Positions 44,335-60,500 of a DNA stretch of 64,000 nt are shown piece after piece (the first letter of the stretch is position 1; each line of letters opens with the position of its first letter). The notes under the pieces were generated by a model that saw only the letters and a list, made by a program, of their open reading frames with translations, was not told the DNA's origin and did not search any database. The translations under genes were made by a program, and so were the position numbers. The stretch lies in assembly GCF_009914755.1 (NCBI RefSeq), contig NC_060940.1, one strand, 5' to 3'. This stretch comes from the human T2T-CHM13v2.0 reference genome, Homo sapiens.

Positions 44335-46270
44335 TCAAATCCATTCGATAATTCAATTCAAGTCCATTCGATGATGATTCCAATCGAATCCATTCAAAGA
44401 TTCCATTCAGTTCCATTCGATGATTCCCTTAGATTCCATTCGATGATTCCACTTGATTCCATTTACGATGATTCCATTCGATTCCATGTGATGATTCCAT
44501 TCAATTCTATTCAATGCTGTTTCCATTTGATTCCATTCGACCATGATTGCCTTTGATTCCATTCAATGACTCCATTCGGTTCCTTTTGATGATGATTCCG
44601 TTTGATTCCATTTCATTATTCCATTTGATTCCATTGGATGAGTCCATTCGATTACATTCGATTATTATTCCATTCGAGTGCATTAGATGATTCCATTCGA
44701 GTCCATTCGATGATTCCATTCGATTCCATTCGATGTTGATTCTGTTCAAATCCATTCGATGATTCCACTCGATTCCATTCGATGACTCCAGTTGATCCCA
44801 TTCGATGATTTCCTTTGATTCCCTTTGATGATCATTCCATTTGATTCAATTCGGTGATTTCATTTGATTCCATTCAGTGATGTTTCCATTCGACTCCATT
44901 CGATGATGATTCCATTCGACTCCATTCGATTATGATTTCATTCAATTCCATTCGATAATGATTCCCTTCGAGTCCATTCGATGATTCCATTCGATTCCAT
45001 TCAACAATGATTTGATTCGTGTCCATTCGATGATTCCATTTGATTCCACTTGATGATGATTCCATTCGAGTCCATTTGATGATTCCATTCAATTCCATTC
45101 TCCGATGATTTCTTTTGAGCCCATTCAATGCTTCCACTCGATTCCATATGATGATGACTCCATTCGATGAAATTCGATGATTCCATTCGCTTGCATTCGA
45201 TGATGATTCCACTTGAGTCCATTAGAAGATTCTATTCATTGTTATTCGATGATTCCATTCGATCTCATTCGATGATGATTCCATTCAACTCCATTCGATG
45301 TTTCCATTCGAGTTCATTCTATTATTCCATTAGATTCCATTCGATGATGATTCCATTCGATTCCATTTGATGATTGCATTCTATTTCATTTGATGATGAT
45401 TCCATTCGAGTCCACTCGATGATTACATTCGAGTCCATTTAATGAATCCATTGGTTTCAATTCTATGATGATTACATTGGATTCCATTCGTTGATGATTT
45501 CATTCGGTTCCATTCAATGATGATTCCATTCAATTCCTTTCAATGTTTCCATTCAATTCCATACGATGATGATTCCATTTGATTTGATTCGACAGTGAGC
45601 CATTCGATTCAATTCCATGATGATTCTATTTGATTCCATTGGTTGACATTTCCATTCGAATCCATTCGATGATGATTCCCTTTGATTCCATTCAAAGATG
45701 ATTCCATTCTAGCCCATTCAATCATTCCATTCGATTCTATTCAATGATGATTCCATTCATGTCGATTTGGTGATTCCATTTGACTTCATTTGATGATGAT
45801 TCCTTTCAAGTTCATTAGATGATTCCATTCGATTCCATTTGATGATGATCCCATTCGAGTCCATTCAGTGATTCCACTCGTTTCCATTCCATGATGATTC
45901 CATTCCATTCCATTCAATGATTCCATTCGATTCCGTTTGATGATGATTTCATTCGAGTCCATTTGATGATTCCATTTGATTCCATTCGATGATGATTCCA
46001 TTCGAGTCCATTCGATGATTCTATTCGAATCCATTTGATGATTTCTTTTGATTATAGTTGGTGATGATTCCATTGGAGTCCATTCAATGATTCCATTCGA
46101 TTCCAATCGATGGTGATTCCATTAGAGTCCATTTAATGATTCCATTTGATTCCAGTCTCTAATGATTACATTCGAGTCCATACAATGATTCCACTCAATT
46201 CCATATGATGATGATTCCATTCGATTCCATTCGATGATTCCATTCTATTCTATTCAATGGTGATTCCATT
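44335..46270 (+). repeat. 1,935-bp partial-unit tandem duplication (gives an 8,047-bp spacing = 6112+1935)
   Basis: Offsets 44371/46306 and 44507/46442 = 1935. The junction at ~46265 (TCAATGGTGATTCCATTC|AAATCCATTCGATAATTC) loops back. The first copy carries ~75-bp and 3-bp deletions (45786/47799 = 2013). Confidence 0.85.
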
Positions 46271-46305
46271 CAAATCCATTCGATAATTCAATTCAAGTCC
46301 ATTCG

Positions 46306-49300
46306 ATGATGATTAAAATCGAATCCATTCAAAGATTCCATTCAGTTCCATTCGATGATTCCCTTAGATTCCATTCGATGATTCCACTTGATTCCATTTA
46401 CGATGATTCCATTCGATTCCATGTGATGATTCCATTCAATTCTATTCAATGCTGTTTCCATTTGATTCCATTCGACCATGATTGCCTTTGATTCCATTCA
46501 ATGACTCCATTCGGTTCCTTTTGATGATGATTCCGTTCGATTCCATTTGATGATTCCATTTGATTCCATTGGATGAGTCCATTCGATTACATTCGATGAT
46601 TATTCCATTCGAGTGCATTAGATGATTGCATTCGAGTCCATTCGATGATTCCATTCGATTCCATTCGATGTTGATTCTGTTCAAATCCATTCGATGATTC
46701 CACTCGATTCCATTCGATGACTCCAGTTGATCCCATTCGATGATTTCCTTTGATTCCCTTTGATGATCATTCCATTTGATTCAATTCGGTGGTTTCATTT
46801 GATTCCATTCAGTGATGATTCCATTCGACTCCATTCTATGATGATTCCATTCGACTCCATTCGATTATGATTTCATTCAATTCCATTCGATAATGATTCC
46901 CTTCGAGTCCATTCGATGATTCCATTCGATTCCATTCAACGATGATTTGATTCGTGTCCATTCGATGATTCCATTTGATTCCACTTGATGATGATTCCAT
47001 TCGAGTCCATTTGATGATTCCATTCAATTCCATTCTCCGATGATTTCTTTTGAGCCCATTCAATGCTTCCACTCGATTCCATATGATGATGACTCCATTC
47101 GATGAAATTCGATGATGATTCCATTCGCTTGCATTCGATGATGATTCCACTTGAGTCCATTAGAAGATTCTATTCAATTACATTCCATGACGATTCCGTT
47201 CGAGTCCATTTGATGATTCCATTAGACTCCATTCGACGATGATTCCATTCGATGTTATTCGATGATTCCATTCGATCTCATTCGATGATGATTCCATTCA
47301 ACTCCATTCGATGTTTCCATTCGAGTTCATTCTATTATTCCATTAGATTCCATTCGATGATGATTCCATTCGATTCCATTTGATGATTGCATTCTATTTC
47401 ATTTGATGATGATTCCATTCGAGTCCACTCGATGATTCCATTCGAGTCCATTTAATGAATCCATTGGTTTCAATTCTATGATGATTACATTGGATTACAT
47501 TCGTTGATGACTTCATTCGGTTCCATTCAATGATGATTCCATTCAATTCCTTTCAATGTTTCCATTCAATTCCATACGATGATGATTCCATTTGATTTGA
47601 TTCGACAGTGAGCCATTCGATTCAATTCCATGATGATTCTATTTGATTCAATTGGTTGACATTTCCATTCGATTCCATTCGATGATGATTCCCTTTGATT
47701 CCATTCAAAGATGATTCCATTCTAGCCCATTCAATCATTCCATTCGATTCTATTCAATGATGATTCCATTCATGTCGATTTGGTGATTCCATTTGACTTC
47801 ATTTGATGATGATTCCTTTCAAGTTCATTAGATGATTCCATTCGATTCCATTTGATGATGATCCCATTCGAGTCCATTCAGTGATTCCACTCGTTTCCAT
47901 TCCATGATGATTCCATTCCATTCCATTCAATGATTCCATTCGATTCCGTTTGATGATGATTTCATTCGAGTCCATTTGATGATTCCATTTGATTCCATTC
48001 GATGATGATTCCATTCGAGTCCATTCGATGATTCTATTCGAATCCATTTGATGATTTCTTTTGATTATAGTTGGTGATGATTCCATTGGAGTCCATTCAA
48101 TGATTCCATTCGATTCCAATCGATGGTGATTCCATTAGAGTCCATTTAACGATTCCATTTGATTCCAGTCTCTGATGATTACATTCGAGTCCATACGATG
48201 ATTCCACTCAATTCCATATGATGATGATTCCATTCGATTCCATTCGATGATTCCATTCTATTCTATTCAATGGTGATTCCATTCGAGTACATTAGATGAT
48301 TCCATTCGATTCCATTCAATGATGATTCTGTTTGTGTCCCTTAGATGATTCCACATGATTCCATTAGATGATGATACTATTTGAGCCCATCCAATGATTC
48401 CCTTCGATTCCATTCGATGAGGATTCCATTCGATTCAATTCATTGGTGATTCTATTCAATTCAATTCTTTGATTCCATTCCATTCCATTCGACAATGATT
48501 CCATTCGATTTCTTTCGATGATTCCACTCGATTCCACTTGACATTGATTCCCTTCGATTCCATTCAATGATTCCATTTGATTCCAGTGGATGATGATTGC
48601 CATCGATTCCATTCGATCACTCCATTCTATTCCATTTGATGATGATTACATTCAATTCCATTTGACGATTCCATCTGATTCTATTCGAGGATTCCATTTG
48701 ATTCCATTCGATGATGATTCCATTCGAGTCCATTCGATGATTTCATTCGAGTACATCCAATGATTCCATTCGAGTCCATTTGATGATTCCATTTGATTCC
48801 ATTTGATAATGATTCTACTAGAGTCCATTCAATGACTCCATTCGAGTCCATTCAACAATTCCATTCGACTCCATTTGATGATTCCATTCGATTCCATTTG
48901 ATGATTCCATTCGAGTCCATTTAATCATTACAGTCGAGTCCATTTGGTGATTCCACCGGATTTCTTTTGATAATGATACCATTCAATTACATTTGATGAT
49001 GATCCCATTCAATTTCATTTGATGGTGATTCCATTAGAGTCCATTCGATGATTTCATTCGAGTCCCTTCATTGATTCCATCCGATTTCATTGGATGATGA
49101 CTCCATTCGAGTCCATTCGATGATTCCACTCGATTCCATTAGATGATTCCATTGGAGTCCATTTGATTGTTCCATTCGATTCCATTCGATTCCTTTCGAA
49201 GATTATTCCATTTGAGTCCATTCGATGATGATTCCATTCCATTCCATTCGATGATTCCGTTTGATTCCATTCGATGATTCCCTTCGATTCCTTTCTTTGA

Positions 49301-52300
49301 TGATTCCATTCCATTCCATTCAATGATTCCATTCGAATCTATTCCATGATGATTCCTTTCGATTCCATTCGCTGATGTTTCCGTTCAATTCCATTCGATG
49401 ATGATTCCATTCGATTCCATTCATTGAGGATTCCATTTGATTCCATTAAATGATGATTCCGTTCTATTCCATTCAATGATTGCATTCAATTCCATTCAAT
49501 GATTATCCCCTTAGAGTAAACTCAACGATTCCATTCAATACCATTCGATGATGATTCCTTTTGAGTCCATTCAATGATTTCATTCAAGTCCATTTGATGA
49601 TTCCTTTCAATTCCATTCTATGATGATTCCATTCGAGTCCATTCGATGATTCCATTCGATTGCATTCGATGATTCCATTGTATTCCATTCAATGATGATT
49701 CCATTCGAGTCCATTCGATGTTTCCACTAGAGTACATATATTGGTTGCTTTGTTTTCAATTCGAAGATGATTACATTGGATTCCATTCTATGATACCATT
49801 CGATTCCATTCAATGATGATTCCACTAAAATCCATTGGATGATTCCATTCGTGTCCATTCGGTGATTTCATTAGATTCCATTCGAGGATGATTCCATTCG
49901 ATTCCATTCGATGATTCCATTCAATTCCATTCGATGATGATTCCATTCCAGTCCATATGATCATTCCATTTGATTTCATTCGATGATGATTCCATTCGAT
50001 TCCATTCGATGATTCCATTCTATTCCATTCGATGATGATTCTATTCGAGTCCATTCGATGATTCCATTCGAGTCCATTTAATGATTCCATTGGGTTCAAT
50101 TCAATGATGATTACATTGGATTCCGTTCTATGATTCCATTCAGTTCCGTTCATTGACAATTTGATTCCATTCGATGATGATTCCATTTGAGTTCATTCGA
50201 TGATTCTATTCGATTCTCTTCGATGGTGATTCAATTCTATTATATTGGATGATTCCATTCGATTCCATTTGATGTTGATTCAATTCGATTCTATTCGATG
50301 ATGATTCCATTGGATTTCACTTGATGATTCTATTCGATTCCATTCAATGATGATTCACTTCTCGTCCATTGGATGATTCCATTTCATTCCATTCGATGAT
50401 GATTCCATTCGATTCCATTCGATGATTCCATTTGATTCCATGCGACGGTGAGCAATTCGATTCAATTCCATGATGATTCTATTTGATTCAATTAGATGAT
50501 GTTTCCATTCGAATCCATTCCATGATTATTCCATTGGAATCCATTTGGCGATGATTCCATATGAGTCAATTCCATGATGATTCCATATGGGTCCGTTCGA
50601 TGATAATTCCATTTGATTTCATTCGATGCTTCTATTCTATTCCAGTCGTTGATGATTCCGTTGGAGTCCATACGATGATTCCATTTGATTTCATTTGATG
50701 ATGATTCCATTCGATGATGATTACATTGGATTCCATTCTATGATTCCATTCAATTCCATTCGTTGATGATTCGATTCCATTCAATGATGATTCCATTTGA
50801 GTTCATTCGATGATTCTATTCGATTCCGTTCGATGGTGATTCAATTCTCTTATATTGGATGATTCCACTCGATTCCATTTGATGATTATTCCATTGGAGT
50901 CCACTTAGTGAATCCTTTAGATTCTACTCGAAGATGATTCCATTCGAGTCCATTCAATGATACCATTCAATTTCATTCGTTGATGCTTCCATTCAAGTGC
51001 ATTCGATGATATCATTCGATTCCATTTGATGATAATTCCATTTGATTCCATGCGATGATTCTATTCGATTCCATTCAATGATAATTCCATTCAATTCAGT
51101 GATTCCTCTGGACTCCATTTGATGATGATTCCATTCAATGATTCCATTCGATTCTATTCCAAAATGATTCCATTTGAATCCATTTGATGATGATTCCATT
51201 AGATTCCATTTGATGATTCCATTCGATTCCATTTGACGATGATTCCATTCGATTCCATTTGATGATTCCATTCTATTCTATTCGATGATGATTCCATTCC
51301 ATTCCATTTGATGATGATTGGATTCGATTCCATTTGATGATTTCATTTGATTCCATTCGTTAATGATTTCGATCAACTCCATTCGATGATTCCATTTGAT
51401 TCCATTCTATAATGATTACATCCGAGTCCATTCGATGATTCCATTTGAGCCCGTTCGATAATTCCATTTGAGTCCAATCAATGATTCCATTCATTTCCAT
51501 TCAATGATTCCATTCGAGTCCATTTGATCATTCTGGTAGGGTCCGTTCGATGTTGATTCCATTGGAGTGCATTCGATGATTCCATTCGAGTCCATTTTAG
51601 GATTTGATTCGAGTCCTTTCGATGATTCCATTCGATTCCACTCGATGATGATTTCATTCGAGTCCATTCGACACTTCCAATCGATTCCATTTGATGTTTC
51701 CATTCGAGTCCAATTGATGATTCCATTCAATTCCATTCGATGATGATTCCGTACGATTCCATTCTGTGATGATTCCATGTGATTGCATTCAATGATGATT
51801 CCTTTAGATTGCATTCGATTGTGATTCATTTCGTCTTCATTCTATGGTTCCACAGGTTTCCATTCGTGTCCATTCCATTATTCCATTCTATTCCATTTGG
51901 TGATGATTCCATTCGATTCCATTCATTGGTGATTCCACTCAATTCCATTCAATGATTCCATTCCATTTCTTTCAACAATGATTCCATTAGTTTCTAATCG
52001 ATGATCCACTTGATTCCATTTGACGACGATTCCATTCTTGTCCATTCGATGATTCCATTTGATTCCATATGATGATGATTCCATTCGATTCCATACCATG
52101 ATGATTCCATTCGAGTCCATTCAATGGTGATTCCATTCAATTCCATTCGATGATTCCTTTCGATTCCATTCGATGATGATGGCATTCGATTCCTTTCAAT
52201 CATTCCCTTTGATTCCATTCAAAGGTGATTTCATTCAAGTCCATTCGATAATTGCATTCGATTCCATTCTATGATGATTCCATTCGAGTCCATTTGATGA

Positions 52301-52417
52301 TTCCATTCAATTCAAGTCAATGATGATTCCATTCGATTCCATTCGATGATTCCATTGGATTCCATTCGATGATGATTCCATTCAAATCCATTCGATAATT
52401 CAATTCAAGTCCATTCG
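46306..52417 (+). repeat. Second full 6,112-bp higher-order repeat period
   Basis: 46306->52418 and 46442->52554 are both exactly 6112. Confidence 0.9.
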
Positions 52418-55400
52418 ATGATGATTAAAATCGAATCCATTCAAAGATTCCATTCAGTTCCATTCGATGATTCCCTTAGATTCCATTCGATGATTCCACT
52501 TGATTGCATTTACGATGATTCCATTCGATTCCATGTGATGATTCCATTCAATTCTATTCAATGCTGTTTCCATTTGATTCCATTCGACCATGATTGCCTT
52601 TGATTCCATTCAATGACTCCATTCGGTTCCTTTTGATGATGATTCCGTTCGATTCCATTTGATGATTCCATTTGATTCCATTGGATGAGTCCATTCGATT
52701 ACATTCGATGATTATTCCATTCGAGTGCATTAGATGATTCCATTCGAGTCCATTCGATGATTCCATTCGATTCCATTCGATGTTGATTCTGTTCAAATCC
52801 ATTCGATGATTCCACTCGATTCCATTCGATGACTCCAGTTGATCCCATTCGATGATTTCCTTTGATTCCCTTTGATGATCATTCCATTTGATTCAATTCG
52901 GTGATTTCATTTGATTCCATTCAGTGATGTTTCCATTCGACTCCATTCGATGATGATTCCATTCGACTCCATTCGATTATGATTTCATTCAATTCCATTC
53001 GATAATGATTCCCTTCGAGTCCATTCGATGATTCCATTCGATTCCATTCAACGATGATTTGATTCGTGTCCATTCGATGATTCCATTTGATTCCACTTGA
53101 TGATGATTCCATTCGAGTCCATTTGATGATTCCATTGAATTCCATTCTCCGATGATTTCTTTTGAGCCCATTCAATGCTTCCACTCGATTCCATATGATG
53201 ATGACTCCATTCGATGAAATTCGATGATGATTCCCTTTGATTCCATTCAAAGATGATTCCATTCTAGCCCATTCAATCATTCCATTCGATTCTATTCAAT
53301 GATGATTCCATTCATGTCGATTTGGTGATTCCATTTGACTTCATTTGATGATGATTCCTTTCAAGTTCATTAGATGATTCCATTCGATTCCATTTGATGA
53401 TGATCCCATTGGAGTCCATTCAGTGATTCCACTCGTTTCCATTCCATGATGATTCCATTCCATTCCATTCAATGATTACATTCGATTCCGTTTGATGATG
53501 ATTTCATTCGAGTCCATTTGATGATTCCATTTGATTCCATTCGATGATGATTCCATTCGATTCCATTCGATGATTCTATTCGAATCCATTTGATGATTTC
53601 TTTTGATTATAGTTGGTGATGATTCCATTGGAGTCCATTCAATGATTCCATTCGATTCCAATCGATGGTGATTCCATTAGAGTCCATTTAATGATTCCAT
53701 TTGATTCCAGTCTCTGATGATTACATTCGAGTCCATACGATGATTCCACTCAATTCCATATGATGATGATTCCATTCGATTCCATTCGATGATTCCATTC
53801 TATTCTATTCAATGGTGATTCCATTCGAGTACATTAGATGATTCCATTCGATTCCATTCAATGATGATTCTATTTGTGTCCCTTAGATGATTCCACATGA
53901 TTCCATTATATGATGATACTATTTCAGCCCATCCAATTATTCCCTTCGATTCCATTCGATGAGGATTCCATTCGATTCAATTCATTGGTGATTCTATTCA
54001 ATTCAATTCTTTGATTCCATTCCATTCCATTCGACAATGATTCCATTCGATTTCTTTCGATGATTCCACTCGATTCCACTTGACATTGATTCCCTTCGAT
54101 TCCATTCAATGATTCCATTTGATTCCAGTGGATGATGATTGCCATCGATTCCATTCGATCACTCCATTCTATTCCATTTGATGATGATTACATTCGATTC
54201 CATTTGACGATTCCATCTGATTCTATTCGAGGATTCCATTTGATTCCATTCGATGATGATTCCATTCGAGTCCATTCGATGATTTCATTCGAGTACATCC
54301 AATGATTCCATTCGAGTCCATTTGATGATTCCGTTTGATTCCATTTGATAATGATTCTACTAGAGTCCATTCAATGACTCCATTCGAGTCCATTCAACAA
54401 TTCCATTCGACTCCATTTGATGATTCCATTCGATTCCATTTGATGATTCCATTCGAGTCCATTTAATCATTACAGTCGAGTCCATTTGGTGATTCCACCG
54501 GATTTCTTTTGATAATGATACCATTCAATTACATTTGATGATGATCCCATTCAATTTCATTTGATGATGATTCCATTAGAGTCCATTCGATGATTTCATT
54601 CGAGTCCCTTCATTGATTCCATCCGATTTCATTGGATGATGACTCCATTCGAGTCCATTCGATGATTCCACTCGATTCCATTAGATGATTCCATTGGAGT
54701 CCATTTGATTGTTCCATTCGATTCCATTCGATTGCTTTCGAAGATTATTCCATTTGAGACCATTCGATGATGATTCCATTCCATTCCATTCGATGATTCC
54801 GTTTGATTCCATTCGATGATTCCCTTCGATTCCTTTCTTTGATGATTCCATTCCATTCCATTCAATGATTCCATTCGAATCTATTCCATGATGATTCCTT
54901 TCGATTCCATTCGCTGATGTTTCCGTTCAATTCCATTCGATGATGATTCCATTCGATTCCATTCATTGAGGATTCCATTTGATTCCATTCAATGATGATT
55001 CCGTTCTATTCCATTCAATGATTGCATTCAATTCCATTCAATGATTATCCCCTTAGAGTAAACTCAACGATTCCATTCAATACCATTCGATGATGATTCC
55101 TTTTGAGTCCATTCAATGATTTCATTCAAGTCCATTTGATGATTCCTTTCAATTCCATTCTATGATGATTCCATTCGAGTCCATTCGATGATTCCATTAG
55201 ATTGCATTCGATTATTCCATTATATTCCAGTCAACGATGATTCCATTCGAGTCCATTCGATGATTCCATTAGAGTACATTTAATGATTGCTTTGTTTTCA
55301 ATTCGAAGATGATTACATTGGATTCCATTCTATGATACCATTCGATTCCATTCAATGATGATTCCACTCAAATCCATTGGATGATTCCATTCGTGTCCAT

Positions 55401-57551
55401 TCGGTGATTTCATTAGATTCCATTCGAGGATGATTCCATTCGATTCCATTCGATGATTCCATTCAATTCCATTCGATGATGATTCCATTCCAGTCCATAT
55501 GATCATTCCATTTGATTTCATTCGATGATGATTCCATTCGATTCCATTCGATGATTCCATTCTATTCCATTCGATGATGATTCCATTCGAGTCCATTCGA
55601 TGATTCCATTCGAGTCCATTTAATGATTCCATTGGGTTCAATTCAATGATGATTACATTGGATTCCGTTCTATGATTCCATTCAATTCCGTTCATTGACA
55701 ATTTGATTCCATTCGATGATGATTCCATTTGAGTTCATTCGATGATTCTATTCGATTCTCTTCGATGGTGATTCAATTCTATTATATTGGATGATTCCAT
55801 TCGATTCCATTTGATGTTGATTCAATTCGATTCTATTCGATGATGATTCCATTGGATTTCACTTGATGATTCTATTCGATTCCATTCAATGATGATTCAC
55901 TTCTCGTCCATTGGATGATTCCATTTCATTCCATTCGATGATGATTCCATTCGATTGCATTCGATGATTCCATTTGATTCCATGCGACGGTGAGCAATTC
56001 GATTCAATTCCATGATGATTCTATTTGATTCAATTAGATGATGTTTCCATTCGAATCCATTCCATGATTATTCCATTGGAATCTATTTGGCGATGATTCC
56101 ATATGAGTCAATTCAATGATGATTCCATATGGGTCCGTTCGATGATAATTCCATTTGATTTCATTCGATGCTTCTATTCTATTCCAGTCGATGATGATTC
56201 CGTTGGAGTCCATACGATGATTCCATTTGATTTCATTTGATGATGATTCCATTCGATGATGATTACATTGGATTCCATTCTATGATTCCATTCAATTCCA
56301 TTCGTTGATGATTCGATTCCATTCAATGATGATTCCATTTGAGTTCATTCGATGATTCTATTCGATTCCGTTCGATGGTGATTCAATTCTATTATATTGG
56401 ATGATTCCACTCGATTCCATTTGATGATTATTCCATTGGAGTCCACTTAGTGAATCCTTTAGATTCTACTCGACGATGATTCCATTCGAGTCCATTCAAT
56501 GATACCATTCAATTTCATTCGTTGATGCTTCCATTCAAGTGCATTCGATGATATCATTCGATTCCATTTGATGATAATTCCATTTGATTCCATGTGATGA
56601 TTCTATTCGATTCCATTCAATGATAATTCCATTCAATTCAGTGATTCCTCTGGACTCCATTTGATGATGATTCCATTCAATGATTCCATTCGATTCTATT
56701 CCAAAATGATTCCATTTGAATCCATTTGATGATGATTCCATTAGATTCCATTTGATGATTCCATTCGATTGCATTTGACGATGATTCCATTCGATTCCAT
56801 TTGATGATTCCATTCTATTCTATTCGATGATGATTCCATTCGATTCCATTTGATGATGATTGGATTCGATTCCATTTGATGATTTCATTTGATTCCATTC
56901 GTTAATGATTTCGATCAACTCCATTCGATGATTCCATTTGATTCCATTCGATAATGATTACATCCGAGTCCATTCGATGATTCCATTTGAGCCCGTTCGA
57001 TAATTCCATTTGAGTCCAATCAATGATTCCATTCATTTCCATTCAATGATTCCATTCGAGTCCATTTGATCATTCCGGTAGTGTCCGTTCGATGTTGATT
57101 CCATTGGAGTGCATTCGATGATTCCATTCGAGTCCATTTTATGATTTGATTCGAGTCCTTTCGATGATTCCATTCGATTCCACTCGATGATGATTTCATT
57201 CGAGTCCATTCGACACTTCCAATCGATTCCATTTGATGTTTCCATTCGAGTCCAATTGATGATTCCATTCAATTCCATTCGATGATGATTCCGTACGATT
57301 CCATTCTGTGATGATTCCATGTGATTGCATTCCATGATGATTCCTTTCGATTGCATTCGATTATGATTCATTTCGTGTTCATTCTATGGTTCCACAGGTT
57401 TCCATTCGATGACGTTTCCGTTCGTGTCCATTCCATTATTCCATTCTATTTCATTTGATGATGATTCCATTCGATTCCATTCATTGGTGATTCCACTCAA
57501 TTCCATTCAATGATTCCATTCCATTTCTTTCAACAATGATTCCATTAGTTT
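51994..57551 (+). repeat. 5,558-bp variant unit (6112 - 570 deletion + 16 insertion)
   Basis: Junction at ~53230 (GAAATTCGATGATGATTCC|CTTTGATTCCATTCAAAG). The offset to the first unit changes from 49763 to 49193. There are 16 extra bp at ~57402. Confidence 0.82.
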
Positions 57552-60500
57552 CTATTCGATGATCCACTTGATTCCATTTGGCGATGATTCCATTCGTGTC
57601 CATTCGATGATTCCATTTGATTCCATATGATGATGATTCCATTCGATTCCATACCATGATGATTCCATTCGAGTCCATTCAATGGTGATTCCATTCAATT
57701 CCATTCGATGATTCCTTCCGATTCCATTCGATGATGATGGCATTCGATTCCTTTCAATCATTCCCTTTGATTCCATTCAAAGGTGATTTCATTCAAGTCC
57801 ATTCGATAATTGCATTCGATTCCATTCTATGATGATTCCATTCGAGTCCATTTGATGATTCCATTCAATTCAAGTCAATGATGATTCCATTCAATTCCAC
57901 TCGATGATTCCAGTGGATTCCATTCGATGATGATTCCATTCAAATCCATTCGATAATTCAATTCAAGTCCATTCGATGATGATTCCAATCGAATCCATTC
58001 AAAGATTCCATTCAATTCCATTCGATGATGATTCCCTTAGATTCCATTCGATGATTCCACTTGATTCCATTTACGATGATTCCATTCGATTCCATGTGAT
58101 GAATCCATTCAATTCTATTCAATGATGTTTCCATTTGATTCCATTGGACCATGATTGCCTTTGATTCCATTCAATGATTCCATTCGGTTCCATTTGATGA
58201 TGATTCCGTTCGATTCCATTTCATTATTCCATTTGATTCCATTGGATGAGTCCATTCGATTACATTCGATGATTATTCCATTCGAGTGCATTAGATGATT
58301 GCATTCGAGTCCATTCGATGATTCCATTCGATTCCATTCGATGTTGATTCTGTTCAAATCCATTCGATGATTCCACTCGATTCCAATCGATGACTCCATT
58401 TGATCCCATTCGATGATTTCCTGTGATTCCCTTTGATGATCATTCTATTTGATTCAATTCGGTGATTTCATTTCATTCCATTCAGTGATGTTTCCATTCG
58501 ACTGTATTCGATGATGATTCCATTCGACTCCATTCGATTATGATTTCATTCAATTCCATTCAATAATGATTCCCTTCGAGTCCATTCGATGATTCCATTC
58601 GATTCCATTCAACGATGATTTGATTCGTTTCCATTCGATGATTCCATTTGATTCCACTTGATGATGATTCCATTCGAGTCCATTTGATGATTCCATTCGA
58701 GTCTATTTATGTATTATATTCGTGTCCACTTCATGATTCCATTCAATTCCATTTAATGTTGATTCCATTTGATTCCATTTGATGATTCAGTTCGATTCCT
58801 TGCAATGATTCCCTACGATTCCTTTCTCTGATGATTCCATTCGATTCCATTCATTGATGATTTCATTCGACTCCATTCGATGATGATTCCTTTCGATTCC
58901 ATTTGACGATGTTTCCATTCGAGTCCATTCGATGATGATTCTATTCAATTCTGTTCTATTATGATTCCATTCGATTTCATTCAATGCTTCTATTTGATTC
59001 CATTCGATGATGATTCCATCTCTTTCCCTTCGATGATTCCTTTTGATTCCATTCAGTGATGATTCCATTTGATTCCATCTGATGATGATTTCACTTGATT
59101 CCTTTCAATGATGATTCAATTCAAGTCCATTCGATGATTCCATTGGAGTCCAAACGATCATTCCGTTCGATTCCATTCAATGGTGATTCCATTCATGTCC
59201 ATTCGATGAATCCATTCAATTCCATTCGATGATGACTCCATTCGAGTACATTCGATGATTCCATTTGATTCCATTTGAAGATGATTCCATTCAATTCCAT
59301 TCGAAGATGATTCCATTCAATTCCATTCGATGATGATTCCGTATGAATCCATTCTCTGATTATTCCATTCGATTCCATTCATTGACGATTCCATTCAATT
59401 CCATTCAATGATGATTCTCTTCTATTCCATTCGATGATTCCGGTCGATTCCATTCGATGATGATTCCATTAGATTCCATTCGATTGTTGCATTCGATTCC
59501 CTTCGATGATGATTCCTTTGAATTCCATTCGATTATCATTCCGTATGAATCCATTTGATGATTATTCCATTGGATTCCTTTCGATGATGATTCCATTCGA
59601 TTCCATTTGATGATGTTTCTCTTGTATTCCATTGGATAATTCCTTTCAGTTCCCTTCGATGATTATTCTTTCGAGTCAATTCGATGATTCTATTCCATTC
59701 CCTTCGATGATGATTCCATTTCACTCCATTTGATGATTCCATTCGACTCAATTTGGTGATGATTCAATTCGATGACATTCGATGACTCCATTCAATTTCA
59801 TTTGATGATGATTACATTCGAGTCCATTTGATGATTGTATTCCTTTCCTTTTGATGATTATTCCATTCGTGTCTATTCAAAGATTCCATTCTATTCCATT
59901 CAATGATGATTGCATTTGATTCCATTCAATGATTATGGCTATCGATTCCACTCGTTGATTCCATTTGATTCCGTTCGATGATTATTCCGTTAGATTCCAT
60001 TAGAAGATTCCATTCGATTTTATTCAATGATTCCAATGGATTCCATTCAATGATGATTCCATTCGACTCCATTCAGTGATTCCATTCGAGTCCATTTGAT
60101 GATTCCATTCTTTTCCATTTGATGATGATTCCATTAGGGTCCATTCAATGATTCCATTCGAGTCCATTCGTTAATGCCTTTCGAGTCCTTTTGATCACTA
60201 CATTCGAGTCCATTCAATGATTCTATTCGATTCCATTCCATGATGATTCCATTCGAGTTCATTCGATGATTGCATTCGAGTCCATTTGATGATTCCATAT
60301 GATTCCCTTCGACAATGATTCCATTCGTGTCCATTTGATGATTCCATTCATTTCCTATCGATGAAGATTCCATTCAAGTGTATTCGATGATTCCATTCAA
60401 ATCCATTCGATGATGATTCCATTCCAGTCCATTCGATCATTCCACTTGATTCCATTTGATGACTATTCCATTCAAATCCATTTGATGATTCCATTCGATT

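Noticed and set aside
44371-52603. Four plus-strand ORFs (MMIPIESIQRFHS... and similar)
   Set aside because: Chance loss of TGA stops in satellite sequence; low-complexity translations.
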